A stretch of DNA of 64,000 nt from Parachlamydiales bacterium (GCA_963705295.1 OY970065.1:192001-256000), one strand, 5' to 3'; counted from the first letter of the stretch, positions 10,807-19,124 are shown. The notes: generated by a model not told the origin, from the sequence alone. Made by a program: numbers and translations.

Positions 10807-10886
10807 AACGCAAAGACGCCAAGCCGCGAAGACGCAATTTTTATAAATCATTGACGATTTTCTTCGCGGCTTGGCGTCTTTGCGTT
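10807..10886. repeat. Perfect 26-bp inverted repeat (REP-like hairpin, 28-nt loop)
   Basis: aacgcaaagacgccaagccgcgaaga (10807-10832) is the exact reverse complement of 10861-10886; arms are built of 8-nt MCGCVAAG units. Confidence 0.9.
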
Positions 10887-11092
10887 ATTAACCCGAGGGT
10901 CAATAAATCTTCGTAACGGTTGAGTTTGGAAAAGAAGTCGCCCAATTCACCAATTTCCGTTTTAAGACACCCAGAATTTTTTTTATCAGGCGTATCAACC
11001 ATATCCTATGAATCATGTTTTTTATACGGTTTGCCTCAAGAGGCTCTGACGAAAACCCCAACTTACGACCAAGTTTTGAGTTTTCTGGGGTA
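10885..11092. repeat. Degenerate long palindromic element
   Basis: Starts ttattaacccga, the same as the 14407 element; tcgtaa (10911-16) pairs with ttacga (11063-68); inner cgtat...atacg stem. Confidence 0.5.
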
Positions 11093-11178
11093 GAATTATT
11101 TGAATTCAATGACTTAAACTTTCAATACAATAAAATGAGTTTATTATATAATGATTCTCCTCAATAAAGGAGAAAATA

Positions 11179-11772
11179 ATGTCACAGATTCATTTGCTTT
11201 CAAATATTAATTTTAGCCAACTCCCCCAGCTTTTTTCAGCAACAGTGAAAAGAATTGATTGGAAAGTTGGCGCATGTGTTGGCGTTGCCCTTGCTGCCCT
11301 TGCTTACCTAGCGATCCGAAATCGTCGGCCGACTCAGTCTACGGGAATATTTACCAATAGAATGGAACCTCGTTTAGAAACTCTTTTAGACATTAAGAAT
11401 GCAACTTATGCTAACCTTGGGTTCACTGAAGCGGAACAAGAAATCACTTGCACATTACCGAACTATTTAACTCATGATACGAATGATTTTACACTCAAGA
11501 ATATTTGTGAAGATTTAATACTGCTCATTAAGAATAGAATACAGACAGGTGATAAAACAGAGATAACTTTTGATACCCATAACCAAGGGGATCATCTCTT
11601 TGACCATATGAATTTCGGTCTCCCCAATAATTTAACTTATCAAGATGCAGGGGTTGTACAGAAAAAACAAAGTTGGAACCACCGAATCCTTCAAGCTCTG
11701 AAGGACAAAGGTTACATCCGACAGTTTATTATCATGCCCGACGGCGATCGTAAGATCGTTATTACCCTTTAA
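11179..11772 (+). CDS. Paralogue D (N-terminal TM + one domain)
   Basis: AAGGAG SD; leader resembles paralogue C; domain about 75% identical to paralogue B by hand alignment. Confidence 0.8.
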   Translation: MSQIHLLSNINFSQLPQLFSATVKRIDWKVGACVGVALAALAYLAIRNRRPTQSTGIFTNRMEPRLETLLDIKNATYANLGFTEAEQEITCTLPNYLTHDTNDFTLKNICEDLILLIKNRIQTGDKTEITFDTHNQGDHLFDHMNFGLPNNLTYQDAGVVQKKQSWNHRILQALKDKGYIRQFIIMPDGDRKIVITL

Positions 11773-11783
11773 GAATTCTTGAA

Positions 11784-11811
11784 ATCTATCTTCCTCTAGG
11801 GGAAGATAGAT
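11784..11811 (+). terminator. Hairpin between paralogue D and gltX (terminator or translational control)
   Basis: 11-bp perfect stem atctatcttcc/ggaagatagat; only a weak U tract; ends 6 nt before the gltX ATG. Confidence 0.4.
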
Positions 11812-11817
11812 ACTCTT

Positions 11818-13299
11818 ATGTCAGTACGCGTACGCATTGCACCCTCACCAACCGGCGATCCTCATGTGGGAACAGCTTATATGGCTGTTTTTAATTTGAT
11901 TTTTGCGAGGCATTTTGGTGGTAAATTTATTTTGAGGATCGAAGATACCGATCGGACGAGGTCTCGGCCGGAGTATGAAAAGAGTATTTTTGACGCGCTC
12001 CATTGGGCGGGGATAGGATGGGATGAGGGACCCGATATTGGGGGGCCTTTTGGACCTTACAGGCAATCGGAGAGGACGGAGATCTATCAAAAATATTGTC
12101 AGCAGCTTTTAGATAACGGGAAAGCTTACAAGTGTTTTGCGACGCCGGAAGAACTGGCCGAGATGCGGGAAATGAGTATTAAGATGGGGAAGAGGGTGGG
12201 CTATGATAGGCGGTATCGGAATTTGAGCCCTCAAGAGGTGGCGGAGAGAGAAAAAGCAGGGCAGCCGTATGTCATCCGTCTTAAAGTTCCACTGACAGGT
12301 GAATGTATTTTTGAAGATGGAATCAAAGGAAGGATCACGAGTCCGTGGGCCGATATCGATGACCAGATTCTTATGAAATCGGATCGATTTCCAACGTATC
12401 ATTTGGCCAATGTGGTCGATGACCATCTCATGGAGATTTCACATGTGATTCGGGGGGATGAATGGATCAGTTCGACTCCAAAACATATTTTACTCTACGA
12501 GAGTTTTGGATGGACCCCTCCGGTGTTCATGCACATGCCCCTTTTACTCGGCAAAGATGGAAAAAAACTATCGAAGAGACGGAATCCGACATCCATTTTC
12601 TACTACCGCGATAGTGGTTATCTCCCAGAAGCTTTTTTGAACTTTATGACGCTGATGGGCTACAGCATGCCGGGTGACCGGGAAATGTATTCGATGGAAG
12701 AGATCATCAAGGAATTTGATCCAAAGCGGATTGGCGTTTCGGGTGCTTTTTTCGATATCCATAAACTCGATTGGCTCAATCAACAATATTTGATTAAGAC
12801 CATTCCAGAAAACGAGCTCTGGGAAAAAATTAGGAACTGGGGATTCAACGATGCTTTCATGTCAAAGCTGATGCCGCTGGTCCACACACGGATCAAGACT
12901 TTTGCGGAATTCATGGAGCTGTGTTATTTCTTCTTCGTCAATCACCTTCCGTATACTCAAACCCTGTTCCCATCAGAAAAAGCAGCCTTCATCCTTCAAA
13001 CGATATTGTGGAGTCTCGACGAACAAGAAAATTGGGGACGATCTGGTATTGAAACGGCCTCAAAAGAAGTGGCTGAAGCTTTCGGAGTGCACCATAAAAA
13101 AGTCATTATCCCTCTTCTGTATGCAGCGATCACAGGCAAACATCAAGGGCCGCCTCTCTATGATTCTTTCGAACTTTTAGGGAAAGACCGGTGCCGTGCA
13201 CGGCTTTTAGGATCGATAGAATTTTTAGGCGGAATCTCGAATAAAAAAATGGATCTCCTCACCAAAGGCTGGAGTGCGAAGAACTGTAAAGAATTATAA
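11818..13299 (+). CDS. gltX: Glutamate--tRNA ligase
   Basis: [13 protein letters not shown] (HIGH), LRIEDTD, VIRGDEW, KLSKR (KMSKS). Confidence 0.96.
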   Translation: MSVRVRIAPSPTGDPHVGTAYMAVFNLIFARHFGGKFILRIEDTDRTRSRPEYEKSIFDALHWAGIGWDEGPDIGGPFGPYRQSERTEIYQKYCQQLLDNGKAYKCFATPEELAEMREMSIKMGKRVGYDRRYRNLSPQEVAEREKAGQPYVIRLKVPLTGECIFEDGIKGRITSPWADIDDQILMKSDRFPTYHLANVVDDHLMEISHVIRGDEWISSTPKHILLYESFGWTPPVFMHMPLLLGKDGKKLSKRRNPTSIFYYRDSGYLPEAFLNFMTLMGYSMPGDREMYSMEEIIKEFDPKRIGVSGAFFDIHKLDWLNQQYLIKTIPENELWEKIRNWGFNDAFMSKLMPLVHTRIKTFAEFMELCYFFFVNHLPYTQTLFPSEKAAFILQTILWSLDEQENWGRSGIETASKEVAEAFGVHHKKVIIPLLYAAITGKHQGPPLYDSFELLGKDRCRARLLGSIEFLGGISNKKMDLLTKGWSAKNCKEL

Positions 13300-13398
13300 T
13301 TCTGCTTCGTCTTCACTATGAGAAATGATATAAGGACTTTGATATCCCGTATCTGCACATCCAGCAAGACAAAGAAGTATGAAAAGTAACCAATACAT
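13294..13398 (-). CDS. Putative 34-aa lipoprotein (not in ORF track)
   Basis: Hand translation [34 protein letters not shown]; hydrophobic stretch plus LAGC lipobox; fills the gltX-cysJ gap. Confidence 0.5.
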   Translation of the reverse strand: MYWLLFILLCLAGCADTGYQSPYIISHSEDEAEL

Positions 13399-13410
13399 GA
13401 TCTTTTTAAT

Positions 13411-14403
13411 ATGTCTACCACATTTCACCGTTTAAATCCATTCCCTGCAACTTTAAAAGACCGGTATCTCATGACAAAACCGGGCTCCACTAAAGAAACA
13501 TACCACATTGTCCTCGATTTAAAAGGGGCGGACTTCTCCTTTAAAGTCGGTGATTCCTTGGGAATCTATAGTGAAAATGATCCTCAGTTTGTAGAGACGA
13601 TTCTGGGCAATTTGGACCCTGAAACACGGATAGAACATCCTCGCTCCAAAGAAAAAATGTCTCTCAAAACTTTTTTATCGCAAAAAGTAAACTTATCTCG
13701 ACTGCAGCATCCCATTTCTTCTACAGAACAATTGATACAATCATTTGCTCCACTACTTCCCCGCTTTTATTCGATCGCTTCTTCTCCTCTTGTTCATCCC
13801 GATGAAGCCCACCTCACTGTCACGGTCTCTACGTATTATGAACAGGGTCAGCTCCGGTATGGGGTCGCCAGCCATTTCCTCTCTCATTTGGCACCCCTAG
13901 GTTCCAAAGTTCTCTGCTATGTCCAGCCCGCACCCCATTTCACCCTTCCAAGCGACGACTCGATCCCTCTCATCATGGTCGGTCCTGGCACGGGGATCGC
14001 TCCCTACCGGGGCTTTATGCAAGAGAGGGCCTTCCGAAAAGCCTCCGGCAAACATTGGTTATTTTTCGGTGAGAGACATGAAGATTTCGATTTTTATTAC
14101 CAGGAATTTTGGGAAACACTCGTGGACCAAAATCAATTGAAGCTCGATCTCGCCTTTTCTCGAGATCAGGAAGAAAAAATCTATGTGCAGCACAGGCTCT
14201 ATGAAAAAGGAGCCGAGATATGGTCATGGCTAGAAAACCAAGCTCTTTTCTATGTCTGCGGCGATGCCGATCCGATGGCGAAAGATGTCGAAGCCACAAT
14301 GGTCAAAATCTTTCAAGAGTGTGGACAACTCTCTTTAGATGATGCCCGAAAATATCTCAAAGAACTCCGAGTCACTAAACGTTATTTAACAGACGTTTAT
14401 TGA
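13411..14403 (+). CDS. cysJ: FNR-type flavoprotein, CysJ-like FAD/NADPH domain without the flavodoxin domain
   Basis: PRFYSIASSP, GVASHFL, MVGPGTGIAPYRGF, LFFGER, AFSRDQ, YVCGDA, RYLTDVY. Confidence 0.8.
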   Translation: MSTTFHRLNPFPATLKDRYLMTKPGSTKETYHIVLDLKGADFSFKVGDSLGIYSENDPQFVETILGNLDPETRIEHPRSKEKMSLKTFLSQKVNLSRLQHPISSTEQLIQSFAPLLPRFYSIASSPLVHPDEAHLTVTVSTYYEQGQLRYGVASHFLSHLAPLGSKVLCYVQPAPHFTLPSDDSIPLIMVGPGTGIAPYRGFMQERAFRKASGKHWLFFGERHEDFDFYYQEFWETLVDQNQLKLDLAFSRDQEEKIYVQHRLYEKGAEIWSWLENQALFYVCGDADPMAKDVEATMVKIFQECGQLSLDDARKYLKELRVTKRYLTDVY

Positions 14404-14406
14404 TAC

Positions 14407-14569
14407 TTATTAACCCGAACCAAAAAAGGTGACAAGATGCGCTGCGAGGCAAAGCCAGATTGATTCTCGCGAGGAATAACATTCTTGAATACGAAGGATT
14501 CCAAGCGAGAATCGATATGGCGAAGCCGCAGCAAGCAGATTGTCACCTTTTTTGGTCTCGGGTTAATAA
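14407..14569. repeat. ~160-bp palindromic element (MITE/RPE-like), copy 1
   Basis: ~29-bp terminal inverted repeats (14407-14435/14540-14569); nested internal stems; interior differs from the 48088 copy at 3 positions. Confidence 0.9.
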
Positions 14570-16798
14570 TACCTTCAAGAAATCGAGTCCAACGAAAAAT
14601 ACAACGACAAGGGCTAAAAGACTGAGTACACATTTCAGACTTAAAGGGGTCATGAGAATCCCCAACGTCGCCATCCAACTGATCACCACGATGTCGATCA
14701 CCGAACTAAAAATCATCCAATAACTAGGCATAGAGTGCCAAAAATAACCCCTTTCTCGGACTAAATAGACCGTGGCTTGTCCAGTAAAAACAAGTGTGAG
14801 AAATACGAGTGTTGGAATTTGCTGTGTCGAGAGATTTTTTTCACCCCAGAGGAGAACCGTGAAAGAAAAACCGAGTAGAACGGTACCAAAAAACAAACCA
14901 ATGGAGATCAATTTCCGAATATCCCACCGATCGGGTTTGATAGAAAACGAAACATTGTCCGTTGCAATCGACATGGTTACAAAATCATTGGCAAAAAGAA
15001 GCAAGACGATCAGTAAAGGAGTGATAATGAGATGTCCCATGAAGATGAGACCGAGTCCAAGAAGAATGGAAATGACAATCGTTTTGACAATTTTATTGAA
15101 GATATAGGTCAACATCCGTTGATAAATTTTTCGGCTCATCTTGATCGCTTCAAGGATATCTCGGAGGCCTGGATTTGTTAAAACAATACTGGCCGAAGCT
15201 TTGGCGACATCCGTTGCATTACTGACGGCAATGCCAACTTCTGCTTTCTTTAAAGCGGGCGCATCATTGACCCCATCCCCGGTCATGCCGCAAACACGAC
15301 CTTCTTTTTGTAGAAGGGTGATCAGGTGAATTTTATCGTCTGGAAAAACGTCGGCGATGACATTGTATTCTAAAATTTCTTTTCCGGACTTTTTGAGAAG
15401 GTCTTCGCGGGAAATGACACGGGGGTTCATTCCTACCTGGGATGCGATGGCTGCTGCGGTGCCAGGTGAATCGCCTGTTAACATGACAATCTGGATTCCT
15501 AAATTTTGGATTTCCTCTAGGGCCTTACTCGAGTCTTCTCGGGGAGGGTCTTGCAGTCCAATGAGTCCAACAGGCTGTCCTTCTGCTGTAACAGCAATGA
15601 CTCTTACTCCTCTGGATGATAGTGTCTCCTCTTTCACAAGGGTGTGAGGCGCTCCTTTCTTGACATGCCACTCTTTACCTTCGAAATTGAAAATCGCTTC
15701 TGAGTACTTGTTTTCAGGATCGAATGGAATGAACTCTTTTTTTTCTACTGCTGAAAACCGAGATTCTACTTGACTCGCTGCTTTAATGATGGCGAGATCG
15801 ATCGGATCTTGTGTCGCTTGTTCACAAGCCATGCGACCCAAAACCAAAACATCTCCTTGAGAAAAGGGGGCAAAAGGGACGATATCAACAACCTCTAATC
15901 GATTTTGGGTGATGGTTCCTGTTTTATCGATGCATAAGACTGTCATCGTCGCAGCTTCTTCAATGGCAGGCAGCCTTCGAACTAAAACTCCGTGTTTAGC
16001 AAGCTCGATGGAACCCAAGGCGGTGGCCAAGGTGTAGGTAGCAGGAAGTGCAACCGGAACCGATGCAATGAGAAGAAGTAGCGAAAAGGGAAGAATCTCT
16101 GTTAAGGGAAGTCTAATCGAGACCGAAAACACCAAAACTCCACCGATCAAAATGAGATCGAAAATGATCAAATATTTGATGATTTGAAATAATATTTTCT
16201 GCAGATGGCTTGGTGCCTCGGCTTTTTCAACAAGTTCTGCTGTATGACCAAAATAGGTACTTTTCCCCGTCCTCGTTACTTTTGCAAAAGCTTCTCCTCG
16301 CTTCACAGTGGAGCCGGCATACCCCTCTTTACCTGCACCCATTTCTAGAGGAACTGATTCACCGGTTAGAGCCGATGGATCGACCAAAATATTCCCTTCG
16401 AATATCTCGACATCAGCTGGAATGACATCTCCCATCCGAATTCTAATGATATCGCCTGGAACAAGATTTTTCGCTGGAACGAGTTGCCAAGTATCATCTC
16501 TCAAGACACGTGACTGAATGGTGAGTTTTTCTTTAAGCAAAAAAAAGGCCCGATTTGCTCGACTTTCTTGAAAAAAACTTAAAAAGGCATTGAACAGAAG
16601 AAGAGCCCCGATTACGGAAGCTTCGACCCATTTTTTTAAGGCCAGTTCCAATAAAATCGTCAGCTCGAGCATCCATGGAACCGGATCCCAAAATTTTTTT
16701 AAAAAAAGAAAGAAGGGATGGATCTTCTCCTCAGGGATTGTGTTAGGTCCGAATTTTTTTAATCTTTCTGCTGCCTCGCTTGATGTCAATCCTTGCAT
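14543..16798 (-). CDS. P-type ATPase of the plasma-membrane proton-efflux (P3A) type
   Basis: LTGES, PVALPA, DKTGTITQN, KGAP, MLTGD, GMTGDGVNDAPALKKA; IYQRM and ANDF motifs typical of H+-ATPases. Confidence 0.85.
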   Translation of the reverse strand: MQGLTSSEAAERLKKFGPNTIPEEKIHPFFLFLKKFWDPVPWMLELTILLELALKKWVEASVIGALLLFNAFLSFFQESRANRAFFLLKEKLTIQSRVLRDDTWQLVPAKNLVPGDIIRIRMGDVIPADVEIFEGNILVDPSALTGESVPLEMGAGKEGYAGSTVKRGEAFAKVTRTGKSTYFGHTAELVEKAEAPSHLQKILFQIIKYLIIFDLILIGGVLVFSVSIRLPLTEILPFSLLLLIASVPVALPATYTLATALGSIELAKHGVLVRRLPAIEEAATMTVLCIDKTGTITQNRLEVVDIVPFAPFSQGDVLVLGRMACEQATQDPIDLAIIKAASQVESRFSAVEKKEFIPFDPENKYSEAIFNFEGKEWHVKKGAPHTLVKEETLSSRGVRVIAVTAEGQPVGLIGLQDPPREDSSKALEEIQNLGIQIVMLTGDSPGTAAAIASQVGMNPRVISREDLLKKSGKEILEYNVIADVFPDDKIHLITLLQKEGRVCGMTGDGVNDAPALKKAEVGIAVSNATDVAKASASIVLTNPGLRDILEAIKMSRKIYQRMLTYIFNKIVKTIVISILLGLGLIFMGHLIITPLLIVLLLFANDFVTMSIATDNVSFSIKPDRWDIRKLISIGLFFGTVLLGFSFTVLLWGEKNLSTQQIPTLVFLTLVFTGQATVYLVRERGYFWHSMPSYWMIFSSVIDIVVISWMATLGILMTPLSLKCVLSLLALVVVFFVGLDFLKVLLTRDQKR

Positions 16799-16826
16799 TT
16801 TTGAATACTTAGCATAAGATAGTTTT

Positions 16827-18119
16827 ATGCATGAAGAAGAAGTCGAAACAATTCGAAAACAACTCGTTTCTTTACCTACACAAGTCAGTCTAAAAAATCG
16901 TTCTCATCCTTCGAACACAACCAGGTCGTCTGCTTACAAAGATCAGACACTCAATATCAATTCTCTGAATAAAATTCTTGCGATAGATCCGGTCAAACAG
17001 ACGGTTTTGGTCGAGCCCAGAGTCACGATGGAACAACTCATGCGTGCAACGTTAAAACACGGGTTCGTCATTCCTATCGTCCCAGAATTCAAAGGGATTA
17101 CTGTGGGCGGAGCCGTTATGGGAGCGGGGATTGAAAGTAGTTCCCACCGGTTTGGACTCTTCAGTGATACGTGTGTGGCTTATGAAATTCTCCTCGGAGA
17201 TGGGACTGTCGTCCATGCATCACCCGAGACGCATGATGATCTTTTTTATGGTATTGCAGGATCGTACGGATCTCTCGGTGTTCTTCTGTCTATAAAGATC
17301 AAACTCATCCCGGCTAAACCGTGGATTAAACTCTATTATCGAAGAGCGAGCTCCGCTCAGGAAATTCTCTCTTCTAAGGCCGATTTTATCGAGGGGTTTA
17401 TCTTTTCACAAGGTCATATCACAGTGGTTGAGGGGTATTTTTCTGATGAAGACGATGCCCCTATTTTAAACTTAAAGCCTTGGAATCCATGGTTTTATCA
17501 ACACGTCAAAAAGGCTTTGCACGAAGAAAAAATTTCTACTTTTGACTATCTTTTTCGGCACGACCGAGGAGCTTTTTGGATGGGAGCTTATGCTAATTTG
17601 AAAAGGTCCTATAAACTTTTGCAGAAAGACCCCCATTTTTTGTTCCGCCTACTCTGGGGATGGAAAATGACAAGCAGAAATCTTTACTCGAGATTGCATG
17701 CAGGTGCAGAAGATTGGGTATCGGGCCAATTTGTGATTCAAGATTGCTCTATTCCATCGACAGAAATTGATCCATTTCTCGATAAAATCATCCGTGAGAT
17801 TGCCATTTTCCCTTTATGGCTTTGTCCTGCGAAGACAACACAAAAGCCTCAAATTTTTTCCCCTCACTTTCTCCCCGGTAAAGATCTCATCAATGTCGGT
17901 GTTTACGGAGTTTCACCAAAAGATAAAGCCGCTCCGGTCTTGGTCCGCCAGCTCGAACAATGGACCACCGCATCGGAGGGAAGAAAAATGTTATACGGAT
18001 ATTCGTATTACACAAACGATGAGTTTTGGAGAATCTATCCAAAGGACGATTACGAACAGCTGCGCCGAATCTACCATGCTGATCGATGGTTGCATATAAC
18101 TACAAAGATCTTGCAATGA
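16827..18119 (+). CDS. FAD-binding oxidoreductase, Delta24-sterol reductase (DHCR24)-like
   Basis: VEPRVTMEQL, VPEFKGITVGG..GIESSSHRFGLF, GSYGSLG, YLFRHDRGAFWMG, IFPLWLCP, LYGYSYYT..EFW. Confidence 0.8.
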   Translation: MHEEEVETIRKQLVSLPTQVSLKNRSHPSNTTRSSAYKDQTLNINSLNKILAIDPVKQTVLVEPRVTMEQLMRATLKHGFVIPIVPEFKGITVGGAVMGAGIESSSHRFGLFSDTCVAYEILLGDGTVVHASPETHDDLFYGIAGSYGSLGVLLSIKIKLIPAKPWIKLYYRRASSAQEILSSKADFIEGFIFSQGHITVVEGYFSDEDDAPILNLKPWNPWFYQHVKKALHEEKISTFDYLFRHDRGAFWMGAYANLKRSYKLLQKDPHFLFRLLWGWKMTSRNLYSRLHAGAEDWVSGQFVIQDCSIPSTEIDPFLDKIIREIAIFPLWLCPAKTTQKPQIFSPHFLPGKDLINVGVYGVSPKDKAAPVLVRQLEQWTTASEGRKMLYGYSYYTNDEFWRIYPKDDYEQLRRIYHADRWLHITTKILQ

Positions 18120-19099
18120 CACTCCATTTTGCCAATACAAACTTCGAAAAAGAACTCATGGGAGATATCCGTCCCGAATCCGACCAGGCCATTTTATTCC
18201 TTCAATTTCTTCCCATTCTTTATGCAGATGAAAATGATGGAATCGGTGTTACACATGCTCCTTACCCTTCTTTTTCACATCCTAAATGGCATTTGCTGGA
18301 CGATCCCGATTGGCCTTATGAAAAAATAGAATCGTGGGCACCGTCCCAGCAGATCGCAGGATGGGCTCAAGCACGAAACTTAAAATATACGATCCCTCCG
18401 TGGGAAATTGTTAAGCGGGTGAGCAGCAAAGCGTTTGCATTTTCTGAAACCCCGCAGCTACCTGGAAGTGCACTCCTTTATTCCTGGGGGGAACTGGATG
18501 CATGGATAGATTCTCTAAGTGGTCCTAAGGTGTTGAAAAAATGTTACGGAGTTGCTGGGAAAGGACATTTATTTTTGCCGGCCCATCCGAACCATTTGAA
18601 GAAATTTGCAGAAAAAGAATTCGGAGCAAACCGGCCACTGATTGGTCAGCCTTGGGTCGACCGGAAGCTCGACTTTAGCACGCAGTGGTATATCCATGAG
18701 CGGGAGATCGAATTTTTAGGCACGACTCTCTGCATCAACAACAGGCGGGGTGGTTATATCGGAAACACGGTGGGGATGGGGCCGCCTAATAAATTTCTGG
18801 AAGAGCATAAAGAACATGCACTGGGTATTTTGAAAAAAATGTCCCTCCTTGGATTTTTTGGAAATGTTGGTATCGATGCGATGATTTGGGGAGACGACCT
18901 TTTGCACCCGATTGTTGAAGTGAATGCACGGAAGACCATGGGATGGGTTGCGCTCGAATTTTTAAAACATCATTCCACAAAACGAACAATTACTTTAAGC
19001 TTTGGGGCGCAAAGTGAAAAAGACAATCTTCTTCCGAGTGGAGTCGTCCGTAGTGATGGATCTGTTCTCCATTTTCCGAAGAACTTGATTGCGAATTAA
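18116..19099 (+). CDS. ATP-grasp-fold protein of unknown function
   Basis: VLK..YGVAGKG, QPWV, DFSTQW, GNVGIDAM, VEVNARKTMG; ATGA overlap with the upstream gene favours start 18116. Confidence 0.65.
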   Translation: MTLHFANTNFEKELMGDIRPESDQAILFLQFLPILYADENDGIGVTHAPYPSFSHPKWHLLDDPDWPYEKIESWAPSQQIAGWAQARNLKYTIPPWEIVKRVSSKAFAFSETPQLPGSALLYSWGELDAWIDSLSGPKVLKKCYGVAGKGHLFLPAHPNHLKKFAEKEFGANRPLIGQPWVDRKLDFSTQWYIHEREIEFLGTTLCINNRRGGYIGNTVGMGPPNKFLEEHKEHALGILKKMSLLGFFGNVGIDAMIWGDDLLHPIVEVNARKTMGWVALEFLKHHSTKRTITLSFGAQSEKDNLLPSGVVRSDGSVLHFPKNLIAN

Positions 19100-19124
19100 T
19101 ACATAATCTAGCTAAGAATTCAGT

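Noticed and set aside
10807..10886. CRISPR array
   Set aside because: The arms are inverted, not direct repeats with spacers, and there are no cas genes in the window.
13318..13389. Short + strand [26 protein letters not shown]
   Set aside because: No SD or motif; the opposite-strand lipoprotein ORF explains the gap better.
14460..14723. ORFs beginning MILARNNILEYEGF here and at 48140-48409
   Set aside because: They start inside the palindromic repeat at TTG with no SD and diverge once outside it. The shared sequence comes from the repeat, not from a gene family.
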